NCBI GenBank assembly: GCA_902781465.1
Contig: CACZJK010000001.1
Location: 60,243-124,242 of the forward strand
Origin: an uncultured Pseudomonadota bacterium
GTDB lineage: Bacteria; Pseudomonadota; Alphaproteobacteria; Rs-D84
Length of the DNA: 64,000 bases
Direction: 5' to 3'
Shown here: in pieces, positions 1-8,400 of the stretch
How the letters are laid out: each line of letters starts with the position of its first letter
How positions within the stretch are numbered: position 1 is the first letter of the stretch
The notes under the pieces: generated by a model
What the model saw: only the letters and a program-made list of their open reading frames with translations
Told to the model about the DNA's origin: nothing
The model's database searches: none
Translations under genes and position numbers: made by a program

Positions 1-1018
1 CATAAATATTTTTAACATCGATTCCTGTTTTACTGCTGTACGACAAATTTTCCGGATCGATATAAACATCTTGTCCACGCGAAGCATCCAAATAAGAACC
101 AATATCTAATCTGTCTGTTGTAAAACTGAAATTATCAGCACGCACTGATCCACGCACCAACCAATCAGATGGCCCTTCGAAACCGGTACGTCCTTCTGTC
201 ATTGAAAAATCATAAACAGACGCAACATTTGATTCAAATCCACCGGTTGTTCCAAATCTGGAAATCGTTCGCAAAGACGCATCAGAAGTATTGATTTCCC
301 CGCGCGACAAAGATAACGCCGCCCCACCATCAGCACTTTGGAACACAGCCTTGTTTGCATATAAATCACCGATTTTATTTCTGTCTTTGCGTCCTTCTTC
401 CACACCATAAAGTGCAAGAGTATTAAATTGAGCGCTTTCAAATTCTGCATTACGCGCAAACAAGACACCTATCTTGTCAATATTTTTGTCGTTCATATCC
501 AATTCAGATAAAAAGCCCACATTTTCATTTGTTTCTTTTTTAGAAACTATATCATTATACATTGTATCAAGTGGTATATCGACTTCAATACTGTTGCCGT
601 TTATTTTGGCATAAAAGCCTATGCGTCGGGCCAATTCTGCCAATTGAACCTTTGATAAATTTCCACCGTCTATGTTTATAAAACCATAAACACCATCTTC
701 ATTTTTATCAATAACCAAAGAAATATTTTGATTAAAATAAGTTTTCGGAACAAAGCCCAAAGGCAAACCATAATTTTCCAAAACAGACACAAATTTATCT
801 TGTTTCAATTCTTGTTTTTGATACGGCAGATTTTCCTTTTCTTCACGCAAATAAATACGTGCCGCGCCATAGGCTGTCTCAATTTGTTCGGTCGCAGCAT
901 ACATTTGTGCCGCCATATCACGCGATGAAATACGCTTTGCAAAAAACGGCATAAAAGCAAAGACCAACGTCAATGCCAATAACGCCTGTAATAAAAAATT
1001 ACCCGATTGTTTTTGCAA
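1..1018 (-). CDS. hypothetical N-terminally membrane-anchored protein (partial, runs off the window 5' edge); start uncertain (ATG at 952 or TTG at 1018)
   Basis: Manual minus-strand translation gives one continuous frame from about 1018 to position 1 and beyond. A hydrophobic segment (LLQALLALTLVFAFMPFF) is followed by more than 300 aa of soluble or beta-rich sequence. The ORF is absent from the supplied track because it has no stop codon inside the window. Confidence 0.4.
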   Translation of the reverse strand, partial: MQKQSGNFLLQALLALTLVFAFMPFFAKRISSRDMAAQMYAATEQIETAYGAARIYLREEKENLPYQKQELKQDKFVSVLENYGLPLGFVPKTYFNQNISLVIDKNEDGVYGFINIDGGNLSKVQLAELARRIGFYAKINGNSIEVDIPLDTMYNDIVSKKETNENVGFLSELDMNDKNIDKIGVLFARNAEFESAQFNTLALYGVEEGRKDRNKIGDLYANKAVFQSADGGAALSLSRGEINTSDASLRTISRFGTTGGFESNVASVYDFSMTEGRTGFEGPSDWLVRGSVRADNFSFTTDRLDIGSYLDASRGQDVYIDPENLSYSSKTGIDVKNIY

Positions 1019-1170
1019 AAGCCCCCTCCTACAACCCTAAGCATAGCAATTGAAAAAAATTATTGCAATCAGTTTTAAGATGCTTTAATATTCTTATCGT
1101 TAAATACAAACAATGAATAAAGTTTGTTGTTTGAAAAGTTTATTTCCTTGAAAACATAAAAAGAAAGAAA

Positions 1171-1488
1171 ATGGCAAACAAGAAAAACCAAACCTCTATG
1201 GGTCAAATGATTCAGCGCTGTCATAAATGGCGTCAAAAAAGAAAACAATATATTGATTTGGCCCGTCAAACCAGTGATGAAGTCGAACGCGAAAGATTAT
1301 TACAAACCGCGGAACATTATGGCCGTATTGTTAATGAAGAACAGGTCAAAATTGATTCCCAACGTGATCCAAAAGATAAAACACCTATGCCGGAAGAAAT
1401 GGGTGAATCTGCTGAAAATTCTGATACAAAAGAATCAGATGACGATGACGAAATCGGATTCCCAGATTTCATTACAAATTTGAAATAA
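1171..1488 (+). CDS. DUF4167-family protein (alphaproteobacterial)
   Basis: 105 aa with a basic N-terminus, a LLQTAEHYGRIV motif resembling the DUF4167 AENYLQHAEHY.RI core, and an acidic C-terminal tail. An intrinsic terminator follows. Confidence 0.45.
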   Translation: MANKKNQTSMGQMIQRCHKWRQKRKQYIDLARQTSDEVERERLLQTAEHYGRIVNEEQVKIDSQRDPKDKTPMPEEMGESAENSDTKESDDDDEIGFPDFITNLK

Positions 1489-1492
1489 AACA

Positions 1493-1516
1493 CACCGCCC
1501 ATTTGGGCGGTTTTTT
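1493..1516 (+). terminator. rho-independent terminator
   Basis: CACCGCCCAUUUGGGCGG hairpin followed by a U6 tract. Confidence 0.6.
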
Positions 1517-2087
1517 ATTTTTCTTTTCCTATTTTTAATAAACCAAACAAATTCGTTTTAATTTTTGGTTGTCCATTAATATATTTTGTTATTTCTTCTT
1601 CTGTTTTTTTAATTGTTTGATACAAATAATCAGACATTGTGTCACATATTGATGCAATTAATTCTGATATTTTTTTTGTTTTTGCAGTGATATTCAAAGC
1701 AGCTTCTAATCCGAATATTCTTGCTTCCTCAGAACTTTTTGAATAATTTGCCATATCGCTTATAAATTTTAGCGATCTGCCCATAAAATATATTTCATCA
1801 GATACACTTGCAGGATTTTTACCGTTCAGACCAGACCAAAACATCAAATCGCTGATTATTGTTTTTGACAGACCTGTTTTTTTTAATAATTCTTCTGAAC
1901 CAGGTTTTGTTAAAAAAACATTCAATTTTCCAACAACCATGAATAAATAATCATAGTAATCCTTGAATGCCACATTAACAGTACCCGAACTGGCATGTTT
2001 TGGTTTTTGTATTTTTGATATTTCGTCTTTAAATTCTTGTAAATCTGCCAAAGATGCCAATTTAACTTTTGATTTATCAAATAACAT
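1515..2087 (-). CDS. hypothetical protein
   Basis: 190-aa ORF with plausible coding bias. It has a weak resemblance to a cNMP-binding fold, which I cannot confirm. Confidence 0.35.
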   Translation of the reverse strand: MLFDKSKVKLASLADLQEFKDEISKIQKPKHASSGTVNVAFKDYYDYLFMVVGKLNVFLTKPGSEELLKKTGLSKTIISDLMFWSGLNGKNPASVSDEIYFMGRSLKFISDMANYSKSSEEARIFGLEAALNITAKTKKISELIASICDTMSDYLYQTIKKTEEEITKYINGQPKIKTNLFGLLKIGKEK

Positions 2088-2098
2088 TTTTTAATCCT

Positions 2099-2668
2099 TT
2101 ATAATAATTCATATTTAACTTTTGTCGTATCGCACATAGCGTCCGCTTCAGAATAAATACCTTGACCGCCGGTCATTTCATCACATTCTTGTTTTGTGAT
2201 TCCTTTGCAACCATAATAACTTGTATCTGTAACGAAAGTACCCTCAAATGCGACACACCAGGCATCAAAAGGTATACGACCCTCAAATTCCACATCGGAT
2301 ATGTCATCAAATTCAAATTCCAGATAACTACCGTCTACTAAAGAAACCTGCACATAATCTTGCCCAAATGTTGCTGCCCCACTATTAACTATCCAATAAA
2401 TACCATAGCCATGTTTGTGTAAATACGCAGTAACCAACGTTTCTGCATCTTCAGGCTTTCCGACTTGAACATCTTTAAAAATTCTATTGCAATGATCTGG
2501 TTCATACTTACAAGCATGCCTGTATACACACAAAGAATTTTTGGCATCCCACACCAAATCTTCCGATTGCAAACATCTTTGTTTTATTTCTTCTGTGGTT
2601 ATAGCATTCGCTATTCCAATTAATGCAACAGCGCTTGTAATCCCATAAATTATACTTTTTGTTTTCAT
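2099..2668 (-). CDS. secreted cysteine-rich hypothetical protein
   Basis: ATG at 2668 is preceded by AAAGGAGAAAAAA. The protein has a signal peptide (MKTKSIIYGITSAVALIGIANA) and many Cys residues. Confidence 0.5.
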   Translation of the reverse strand: MKTKSIIYGITSAVALIGIANAITTEEIKQRCLQSEDLVWDAKNSLCVYRHACKYEPDHCNRIFKDVQVGKPEDAETLVTAYLHKHGYGIYWIVNSGAATFGQDYVQVSLVDGSYLEFEFDDISDVEFEGRIPFDAWCVAFEGTFVTDTSYYGCKGITKQECDEMTGGQGIYSEADAMCDTTKVKYELL

Positions 2669-2696
2669 TTTTTTCTCCTTTTTATTTGCCATTTTT

Positions 2697-3095
2697 TTAA
2701 CTACATGCCTCGTTAACCTCTTCTTGGGTTGCAAGACCTTTCTCTTGTAATTTTTTTAAATTGTCGCAATCTTTGTCAGATTGTGATCGCAAATCAGAAG
2801 CCATCCCTGGTACATTACTTGTTTTACCGCCACTACCAGATGTTCCGTTTAACTTTTGTGATAATTTTACATTTGCAACAACACCTACACCCGTCGCGAC
2901 AAGTGTTGTTATACCCGCTATCTTGAATCCTTGGGTCGATTTTTCACATTGTTTTAATACTTCATATTTTTCATCACGTGTTTTTGTGTATCTGGCTATC
3001 TCAGAATCTAACATTTGATTGCGTATATCCAAATTCATATCTGCCATTGATACAATTGGAACAAACACCAAAAGAACTGTCATTATCTTTTTCAT
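2697..3095 (-). CDS. family E small exported protein (coiled-coil plus glycine-zipper segment); paralog of 18955-19767
   Basis: Signal peptide present. CEKSTQGFKIAGITTLVATGVGVVANV aligns with CMGTNKGLKIAGISTLGLTAAGVAANI in the paralog. It overlaps the upstream gene by 4 nt (ATGA). Confidence 0.55.
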   Translation of the reverse strand: MKKIMTVLLVFVPIVSMADMNLDIRNQMLDSEIARYTKTRDEKYEVLKQCEKSTQGFKIAGITTLVATGVGVVANVKLSQKLNGTSGSGGKTSNVPGMASDLRSQSDKDCDNLKKLQEKGLATQEEVNEACS

Positions 3096-3388
3096 TTTTG
3101 ACCGTCCTTTGGTTTTGTTGGTGCTTTCTTTTTTTCATTGATTTTAACAGCCTGAACTATCGCCGCCGTTCCTGTCGCCGCAACGCCAACGCTACCAATT
3201 ACAGTTGCCGCGACCCAACCTTTCTTGGTCTTTTCGCAACGCGTCATTTCAGAATCTATTTGCTGAATTTCGTTTTTCAGTGTTTGAAGAACTTCTTCTT
3301 TATATCGGACTTGTTCGGCCAATTCAGCATCATCGGCATACGCATTACATATGCATATTATTGATAAACCGAATAATATTTTTTTCAT
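3092..3388 (-). CDS. family D small exported protein (coiled-coil plus glycine-zipper TM-like segment); paralog of 19770-20144
   Basis: Signal peptide MKKILFGLSIICICNAYA. CEKTKKGWVAATVIGSVGVAATGTAAIVQAVKI aligns with CEKQKKGWIAATVIGSAGVVSTGIAAGVQGVKI in the paralog. Confidence 0.55.
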   Translation of the reverse strand: MKKILFGLSIICICNAYADDAELAEQVRYKEEVLQTLKNEIQQIDSEMTRCEKTKKGWVAATVIGSVGVAATGTAAIVQAVKINEKKKAPTKPKDGQK

Positions 3389-3424
3389 TTATTTAACCCC
3401 GTTTTTTATATTTTCTTCAAACAC

Positions 3425-3592
3425 AATTAAACCGCCATAAAGCAAGCGGTTGGAGGCTCAAAACAATTCTAGTGGAAATTGCGTGCTTATTCGATATATT
3501 CGCAACCCTCCAACCATAGTTGGAGATGTTTATCGTCATCTAGACGCCACTAAAATGGGTTTTGAGTCCCAATCAGCAAAACTCTTGCTGAT
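3425..3592 (-). ncRNA. R1 structured leader RNA, copy 5 (upstream of family D gene)
   Basis: Reverse complement contains a -10 TATAAT box, hairpin AUCAGCAA-GAGU-UUGCUGAU and the long-range helix CUCAAAAC/GUUUUGAG. Hairpin 2 is CGUC-uaga-GACG and hairpin 3 is CUCCAAC-UAU-GGUUGGAGGG. It ends with CCUCCAACCGC, an AACCGC/GCGGUU terminator with a U-tract, and then the SD and ATG at 3388. Confidence 0.7.
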
Positions 3593-3711
3593 ACCGTTTA
3601 TTATACCATATTTCCCAAATAAAAAAAGTAAAAAAATATGCGTATTTTTCCAAAGAAGTTTTTATTGAAATCGTGTAATTATTTGCTATGCTTTCCGTCA
3701 AAGGAAGCATT

Positions 3712-5244
3712 ATGGATACTAATTATACTGTTTTAGCGCGCAAATACCGCAGTCAAGACTTTGAATCTCTTATTGGCCAAGATGTTTTGGTAAAAACATT
3801 AACAACCGCAATAAATACCGGCCGTATCGCACACGCCTATATTTTCACAGGGATTCGTGGAACCGGTAAAACCAGTACTGCACGTATTTTGGCCAAGGCT
3901 TTGAATTGTTTGTCATCTGACCATGCGACATCTAAACCTTGTGGTGTTTGTGAAAATTGTCGTGCGATTGCGGCGGGTCAACATATTGACGTTATGGAAA
4001 TTGACGCGGCCTCTCATACAGGCGTTGATAATATGCGTGAAATTTTGGATGCTGCGCTTTATCGTCCAACAAATGCAAGATACAAAGTTTATATTATCGA
4101 CGAAGTCCATATGTTATCAACCAGTGCGTTCAACGCATTGCTTAAAACATTGGAAGAACCACCTGCACATGTGATATTTATTTTGGCGACAACAGAAATC
4201 AGAAAGGTTCCTGTCACTATTTTATCACGTTGCCAGCGTTTTGATTTGGCGCGCGTTCCGGTTGAAACATTAAAGAAACACTTCGCCTGGGTCGCAGAAC
4301 AGGAAAAAATCGAATTATCAGACGGTGCAAACGAATTATTGGCACGCGCTGCGGACGGCTCTGTGCGTGATGGTTTATCATTACTGGACCAGGCGATTGC
4401 ACAAACAGGCGGTCACGTTGACGAAGGTGCGGTTCTTGATATGTTAAAAAGAACAGACCGCGGAACAGTTGTGAATTTTATGAAAACTGTTTTATCTGGC
4501 GATGTAAATGCTGCACTGACGCGATTGGACGAAATCTATAACAATGGCGCAGATTTAACGATGCTGTTAAACGATATGATGGAATGGACGCATTGGGCAA
4601 CACGTATGTATCCGTCTTTGCGTTTGCAAGATGTGACATCGTCCCCTTATACCGCGGACCAGCGCGAAACAATCAAAAAGATAAATGAAACAATTTCTTT
4701 GAATACTCTTTCGCGCATATGGCAGGTTATGGTTGCTGCTGTTTCTGAATTACAGGCGTCCAGCAATCAAAAACAATGTTTTGATATGTTGATTGTTCGT
4801 TTGATGCACATTGCAGATATGCCATCAATTCCAGAATTATTAAAACAAAATTCTGAAAACGCACCTGTAAAAAAAGAAGAACCTAAAACCGAAGAAAAAC
4901 CAAAGTTCTTGGAAATAAATACTTCTGATGAATTGGCAAATGCTTTACAGGCGGCACGTGAATTATTATTGTATTCATATTATACTTCCAATCTTGAAAT
5001 CACAGAATTTGAAAACGGAAAAATAAAATACTTTGACCGCAAGGGCGATAAAGATTTTTCACAAAAACTTACATTGTGGTTAAAAGATAAAACCGGAAAA
5101 AATTGGACACTGGAAATAATAAAAGAAGCACCCCACCAACAAACATTGTCTGAACATACCAAATCTGAAATAGAAGCAGACCCAATGGTTGCAGACGCAA
5201 TGAGTTTGTTCGAAGGTGCCGAAATCGTAAATATATCTAAATAA
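3712..5244 (+). CDS. dnaX: DNA polymerase III subunit gamma/tau
   Basis: AAA+ clamp-loader motifs are present (GIRGTGKTSTARILAKALNC, DEVHMLS, SRCQRFDL). ATG at 3712 follows AAAGGAAG. Confidence 0.9.
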   Translation: MDTNYTVLARKYRSQDFESLIGQDVLVKTLTTAINTGRIAHAYIFTGIRGTGKTSTARILAKALNCLSSDHATSKPCGVCENCRAIAAGQHIDVMEIDAASHTGVDNMREILDAALYRPTNARYKVYIIDEVHMLSTSAFNALLKTLEEPPAHVIFILATTEIRKVPVTILSRCQRFDLARVPVETLKKHFAWVAEQEKIELSDGANELLARAADGSVRDGLSLLDQAIAQTGGHVDEGAVLDMLKRTDRGTVVNFMKTVLSGDVNAALTRLDEIYNNGADLTMLLNDMMEWTHWATRMYPSLRLQDVTSSPYTADQRETIKKINETISLNTLSRIWQVMVAAVSELQASSNQKQCFDMLIVRLMHIADMPSIPELLKQNSENAPVKKEEPKTEEKPKFLEINTSDELANALQAARELLLYSYYTSNLEITEFENGKIKYFDRKGDKDFSQKLTLWLKDKTGKNWTLEIIKEAPHQQTLSEHTKSEIEADPMVADAMSLFEGAEIVNISK

Positions 5245-5260
5245 CTTTTGGGGGTAAAAG

Positions 5261-5716
5261 ATGAGGGAACAATCAGGTCGTTCATTGATAGAAATTATTG
5301 GTGTCTTGGCAATCAGTGCAATTATGATTTCTGGGACTTATGCGATATATCATTCAACTAATGAAAAACAGAAAAGATTGATTGCAAGCAGTGAATTACA
5401 AGATATTGCAACAAAAACTAAAACTCTTTTGGAATATTCAGGCTATCAAAATGTGTCTGTTGATTTCTTGATTGAAAAAGGCGTATTGAAAAATGAAAAA
5501 GCCCCGGCTGGCAAAGACGGATGGTCTGTGACAAGCAGCATAGACGGCACAGAATTTTCAATCAATTTGATTGGATTAAATTTCGAAGAATGCGCATACT
5601 TTACAACCAAAAAATTAGATTGGGTGACACACATCAGTGTCAACGGACTTGATTCTGCGGATTCATCATATTGCTTAAAGACAGGCGACAACACAATTTC
5701 ATTTTTCGCACAATAA
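5261..5716 (+). CDS. type IV pilin-like / pseudopilin N-terminal domain protein
   Basis: MREQSG|RSLIEIIGVLAISAIM has G at -1, E at +5 and a hydrophobic helix, which is prepilin-like. Confidence 0.4.
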   Translation: MREQSGRSLIEIIGVLAISAIMISGTYAIYHSTNEKQKRLIASSELQDIATKTKTLLEYSGYQNVSVDFLIEKGVLKNEKAPAGKDGWSVTSSIDGTEFSINLIGLNFEECAYFTTKKLDWVTHISVNGLDSADSSYCLKTGDNTISFFAQ

Positions 5717-5719
5717 AAT

Positions 5720-6400
5720 ATGAATTTTAAAAATTTTATTTTTGTTGGTTTAACTTTGGCATTATCAGGATGCCTTCAATATCACAGCCCCACGCGTAAC
5801 ACTTGGAATCAGCACCTTTACGGGGCCAGTTTTATGGATATGACCGAAACGGCCAAGACCGCAAAAATGCCGGTCTATATGGGACGCGGTGGAAAAGTAA
5901 TTACACAAACGGGTGAATTATCTGAAAAAATGCAATACGGTGATAAAAATGCAATCGATAATGCTGTCTTGGTAAATTATATGGCCAACCTTGAATACGC
6001 ATTGTATGACGCATTAAGAAAGCCAGGGATATCGGTTCAACGCGCTGGCACAGATGTAGTAATTATTTTGGTACGTGATGCAATTATGGAAAACAGTATT
6101 GCTGATATTTCTGTGGACGGTGCAGATACATTAAAAACCATTTCAAAAATATTAAATAAATACAACGCAACATTTATGGAAATCGCAGGATATACAGATT
6201 CTATGTCTGACCAAAATGCGGCACACGCATTATCGCTGGATATGGCACAACGCGTTGGCGTATATTTATCACAACACAATGTTTCAACATCGCGTATGTT
6301 TATCGTCGGACGTGGTTCTGCGCGACCTATTGCGGCCCAAGATGATATCGGTCGTTTAACAAATCGTCGCATAGAAATAAGATTAAGCCCGGCACGATAA
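5720..6400 (+). CDS. OmpA-family lipoprotein
   Basis: Lipobox LALSGC. The C-terminus carries an OmpA-like domain (GYTDSMSD...NRRIEIRL). Confidence 0.6.
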   Translation: MNFKNFIFVGLTLALSGCLQYHSPTRNTWNQHLYGASFMDMTETAKTAKMPVYMGRGGKVITQTGELSEKMQYGDKNAIDNAVLVNYMANLEYALYDALRKPGISVQRAGTDVVIILVRDAIMENSIADISVDGADTLKTISKILNKYNATFMEIAGYTDSMSDQNAAHALSLDMAQRVGVYLSQHNVSTSRMFIVGRGSARPIAAQDDIGRLTNRRIEIRLSPAR

Positions 6401-6490
6401 TATAGAAATTAAATCCTGAAAATATATCTTTGCGTTTTTATACAAATATTGCTATATTTCTGATAACCAAATAACAAAAAGGAAGAAAAA

Positions 6491-7144
6491 ATGAAAAAAG
6501 AATTAAATCCAATTTTACAAAAATATTCCAAAACAGGCATTATCGCGGCGGCTGTTGTGGTTGTTGCATTGATTGGTGCATTTACAATATCGCACTTTAC
6601 CAAGGGTCATGATACAGCATCTGCGATTGCCGAAGTATCAACAAACGCGGCCAAGGCTTCTGATTTGCGTATCGCGGTAATCAGTATGGATAAAATCCAA
6701 ATGGAAGCAAAAGTTTTAGAAGACCTGCATAAACAACGCGCAAATTTTGAAAACAAATTAAAATCAAAATTGGAAAAAGAACAAAAAGCAATTGAAAAAG
6801 AAAAAACAGATATCGAAAAATCTCAAGATATGTTATCCCAAGAAGCCTTGCAACGTCGCGTCGTTGATTATCAACGCCGTGTAAGCGAATTCCAACGTCA
6901 TTTGTCTGAAAGCGCCCAGGCAATTGAAACATCTTACCAAGATGCATTACAAACAATACAAAAGAAACATCTGGACCCTGTAATCCAAGGCATCATTGCA
7001 AAAAAGAACTTGTCTTTGGTAATTGATGGTCGTATGGCACGCATGGGCGAAAATGTTAAAGATCTTGATATCACAGATGAAGTTGTCAAAGCATTGAACA
7101 AAAAAGTTTCAACTGTGAAAATGGCAACGCCAAAAGGTTTATAA
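6491..7144 (+). CDS. Skp/OmpH-like periplasmic chaperone
   Basis: Signal-anchor, a long coiled-coil and a C-terminal VIDGRMARMGENVKDLDITDEVVKALNKK segment typical of Skp. A terminator follows. Confidence 0.45.
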   Translation: MKKELNPILQKYSKTGIIAAAVVVVALIGAFTISHFTKGHDTASAIAEVSTNAAKASDLRIAVISMDKIQMEAKVLEDLHKQRANFENKLKSKLEKEQKAIEKEKTDIEKSQDMLSQEALQRRVVDYQRRVSEFQRHLSESAQAIETSYQDALQTIQKKHLDPVIQGIIAKKNLSLVIDGRMARMGENVKDLDITDEVVKALNKKVSTVKMATPKGL

Positions 7145-7166
7145 AAACTTTTTGTAATATAAAAAG

Positions 7167-7193
7167 AAACCACCCAATTGGGTGGTTTTTTTT
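7167..7193 (+). terminator. rho-independent terminator
   Basis: AAACCACCCAAUUGGGUGGUUUUUUUU. Confidence 0.6.
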
Positions 7194-7227
7194 GTTGTAT
7201 AAAATAACAGTTTCAGATAAAATAATT

Positions 7228-7410
7228 TTGTCAGCAAGAGTTTTGCTGATGAGGCTTGAGAACCTGTGATAAAGTGGCGTCTAGAAAAAGCGGACGTAAA
7301 ATGCTCCAACCTATGGTTGGAGGGCTGCGAATATATGGAATAAGCAGCGCAATTTCCACTTTGAATTGTTCTCAACCTCCAACCGCCTTTCTTTTAAGTG
7401 CGGTTTTAAT
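7228..7410 (+). ncRNA. R1 structured leader RNA, copy 1 (upstream of family C gene)
   Basis: A -10 box GATAAAAT sits at 7216-7223. Hairpin UCAGCAA-GAGU-UUGCUGA is followed by long-range helix UUGAGAAC/GUUCUCAA. Hairpin 2 is CGUC..GACG, then CUCCAACC-UAU-GGUUGGAGGG, hairpin CUGCG..CGCAG, CCUCCAACCGCC and a terminator. Confidence 0.7.
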
Positions 7411-8211
7411 TTTTTTGCCGTTCTGGCTGTTCTTGGAACGACGCAAGGTTCTCCCCTTGTTGGGGGAGTGCGGCGCAGCCGGAGGGGGGTTAAGACAAAA
7501 GGAACAAAATGTGTTGTGTGTTACGGTGCAACATTTAATCAATATTGGTATATCGAAGATAACGCACCAATACAAACATCTTGCACCACCGGTGGCGATA
7601 TAATATTACCAACCCCACCAATCAAATATGGATATGATTTTATCGGTTGGGAGAAATTACCATATGTTCCAATTGAGTATTTGGAAAGCACCGGAACACA
7701 GTATATTGATACGGGGCTAACTGTGAATGATGGTGATATAAGTGCAACCGCTGTTTTTATGCCGACCAGTTTTGTTGTAAACGATACTTATGCATGTATT
7801 TTTGGTATTAATGGAAACTTTCAGGCTGCCTACACTGGTACTGGTACAGCACACATAGGCAACACTTCGTCCTTACAACAATTTTTTTATCTTTATAAAA
7901 AAGCAACTGTTAAGGGTGTTTTATCGTCAAGTATGCCTCAAATATATTATGTTGATAATGTTTCTACTGGTTTGTCGAGAACTTTTAATACAGATAAAAG
8001 GTTAATGTTATTAGATGCGGAACCTCATAGGTTTGCCGCACGTGGTAGATTGTATAGTTTCATTGCTTCTAGAAATAATAAAGTAATTATGGATCTTATC
8101 CCCGTTCTTGATTCCAACGGCACACCATGTATGTATGACGTGGTGGAAAAGAAATTTTATTACAACGCCGGTACCGGTCAATTCATCGCTGGTCCAGTTA
8201 TTGGGGAATAG
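7366..8211 (+). CDS. family C exported-protein paralog with GW (Listeria-Bacteroides-type) repeat; 5' end disrupted (pseudogene or internal GTG start at about 7471)
   Basis: From CVVCYGATFNQYWY onward it is collinear with 24067-24855 (LPTPPIKYGYDFIGWE motif). The paralog's signal peptide is replaced by read-through of the R1 leader plus a GC-rich palindromic repeat, with no ATG in frame near the homologous start. Confidence 0.4.
   Translation: MFSTSNRLSFKCGFNFFAVLAVLGTTQGSPLVGGVRRSRRGVKTKGTKCVVCYGATFNQYWYIEDNAPIQTSCTTGGDIILPTPPIKYGYDFIGWEKLPYVPIEYLESTGTQYIDTGLTVNDGDISATAVFMPTSFVVNDTYACIFGINGNFQAAYTGTGTAHIGNTSSLQQFFYLYKKATVKGVLSSSMPQIYYVDNVSTGLSRTFNTDKRLMLLDAEPHRFAARGRLYSFIASRNNKVIMDLIPVLDSNGTPCMYDVVEKKFYYNAGTGQFIAGPVIGE
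7447..7491 (+). repeat. GC-rich palindromic repeat (GGTTCTCCCC..GGGGGAGTGCGGCGCAGCCGGAGGGGGG); second copy at 23267-23310
   Basis: Near-identical 45-bp GC-rich block in a roughly 35% GC genome, also present at 23267-23310. It contains a CTCCCC-N-GGGGGAG dyad. Confidence 0.7.
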
Positions 8212-8400
8212 CCCAGGTTCCGCCCCCATGGGGAGGGGAACCCGCAGGGCTTGTTTCGCCATAGCCTTGGCGACGGCGAATGGAGGGGGTAATCCGGTAC
8301 ATTCAAAATAACGAAATACTGGAACAAAAACCAACCCCCCTCCTGCTACGCGAACTCCCCCACAGGGGGAGAACCTTCACTCTGGAATAAGGAGATAAAT
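8212..8400 (+). repeat. GC-rich quasi-palindromic spacer between the family C and B genes (CCCCCATGGGG, CTCCCCCACAGGGGGAG)
   Basis: Homologous to 23874-24066. It contains several C(4-6)N(2-4)G(4-6) hairpin motifs. Confidence 0.6.

Noticed and set aside
7236-7266. CUGAUGAGG..GAAAC in R1 copies 1, 3 and 4 resembles hammerhead ribozyme core motifs.
   Set aside because: No stem II can form between CUGAUGA and the GAAA-like segment. GAAAC is GAAC in two copies, and the motif is absent from copies 2 and 5, whereas the covarying helices support a different fold.
7256-7603. ORFs 7256-7603(+) and 7372-7575(-) overlap the R1 leader and GC repeat.
   Set aside because: They have no RBS, lie inside a structured RNA and a repeat, and their composition is driven by the GC palindromes. 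They are spurious.
8230-8290. Central approximately 60 bp of the C-B spacer appears to be in opposite relative orientation in the two cassettes, suggesting a recombinase-invertible switch.
   Set aside because: The segment is itself quasi-palindromic (CGCCAnnGGnnTGGCG dyad), so it aligns in both orientations. Inversion cannot be established from this sequence alone.
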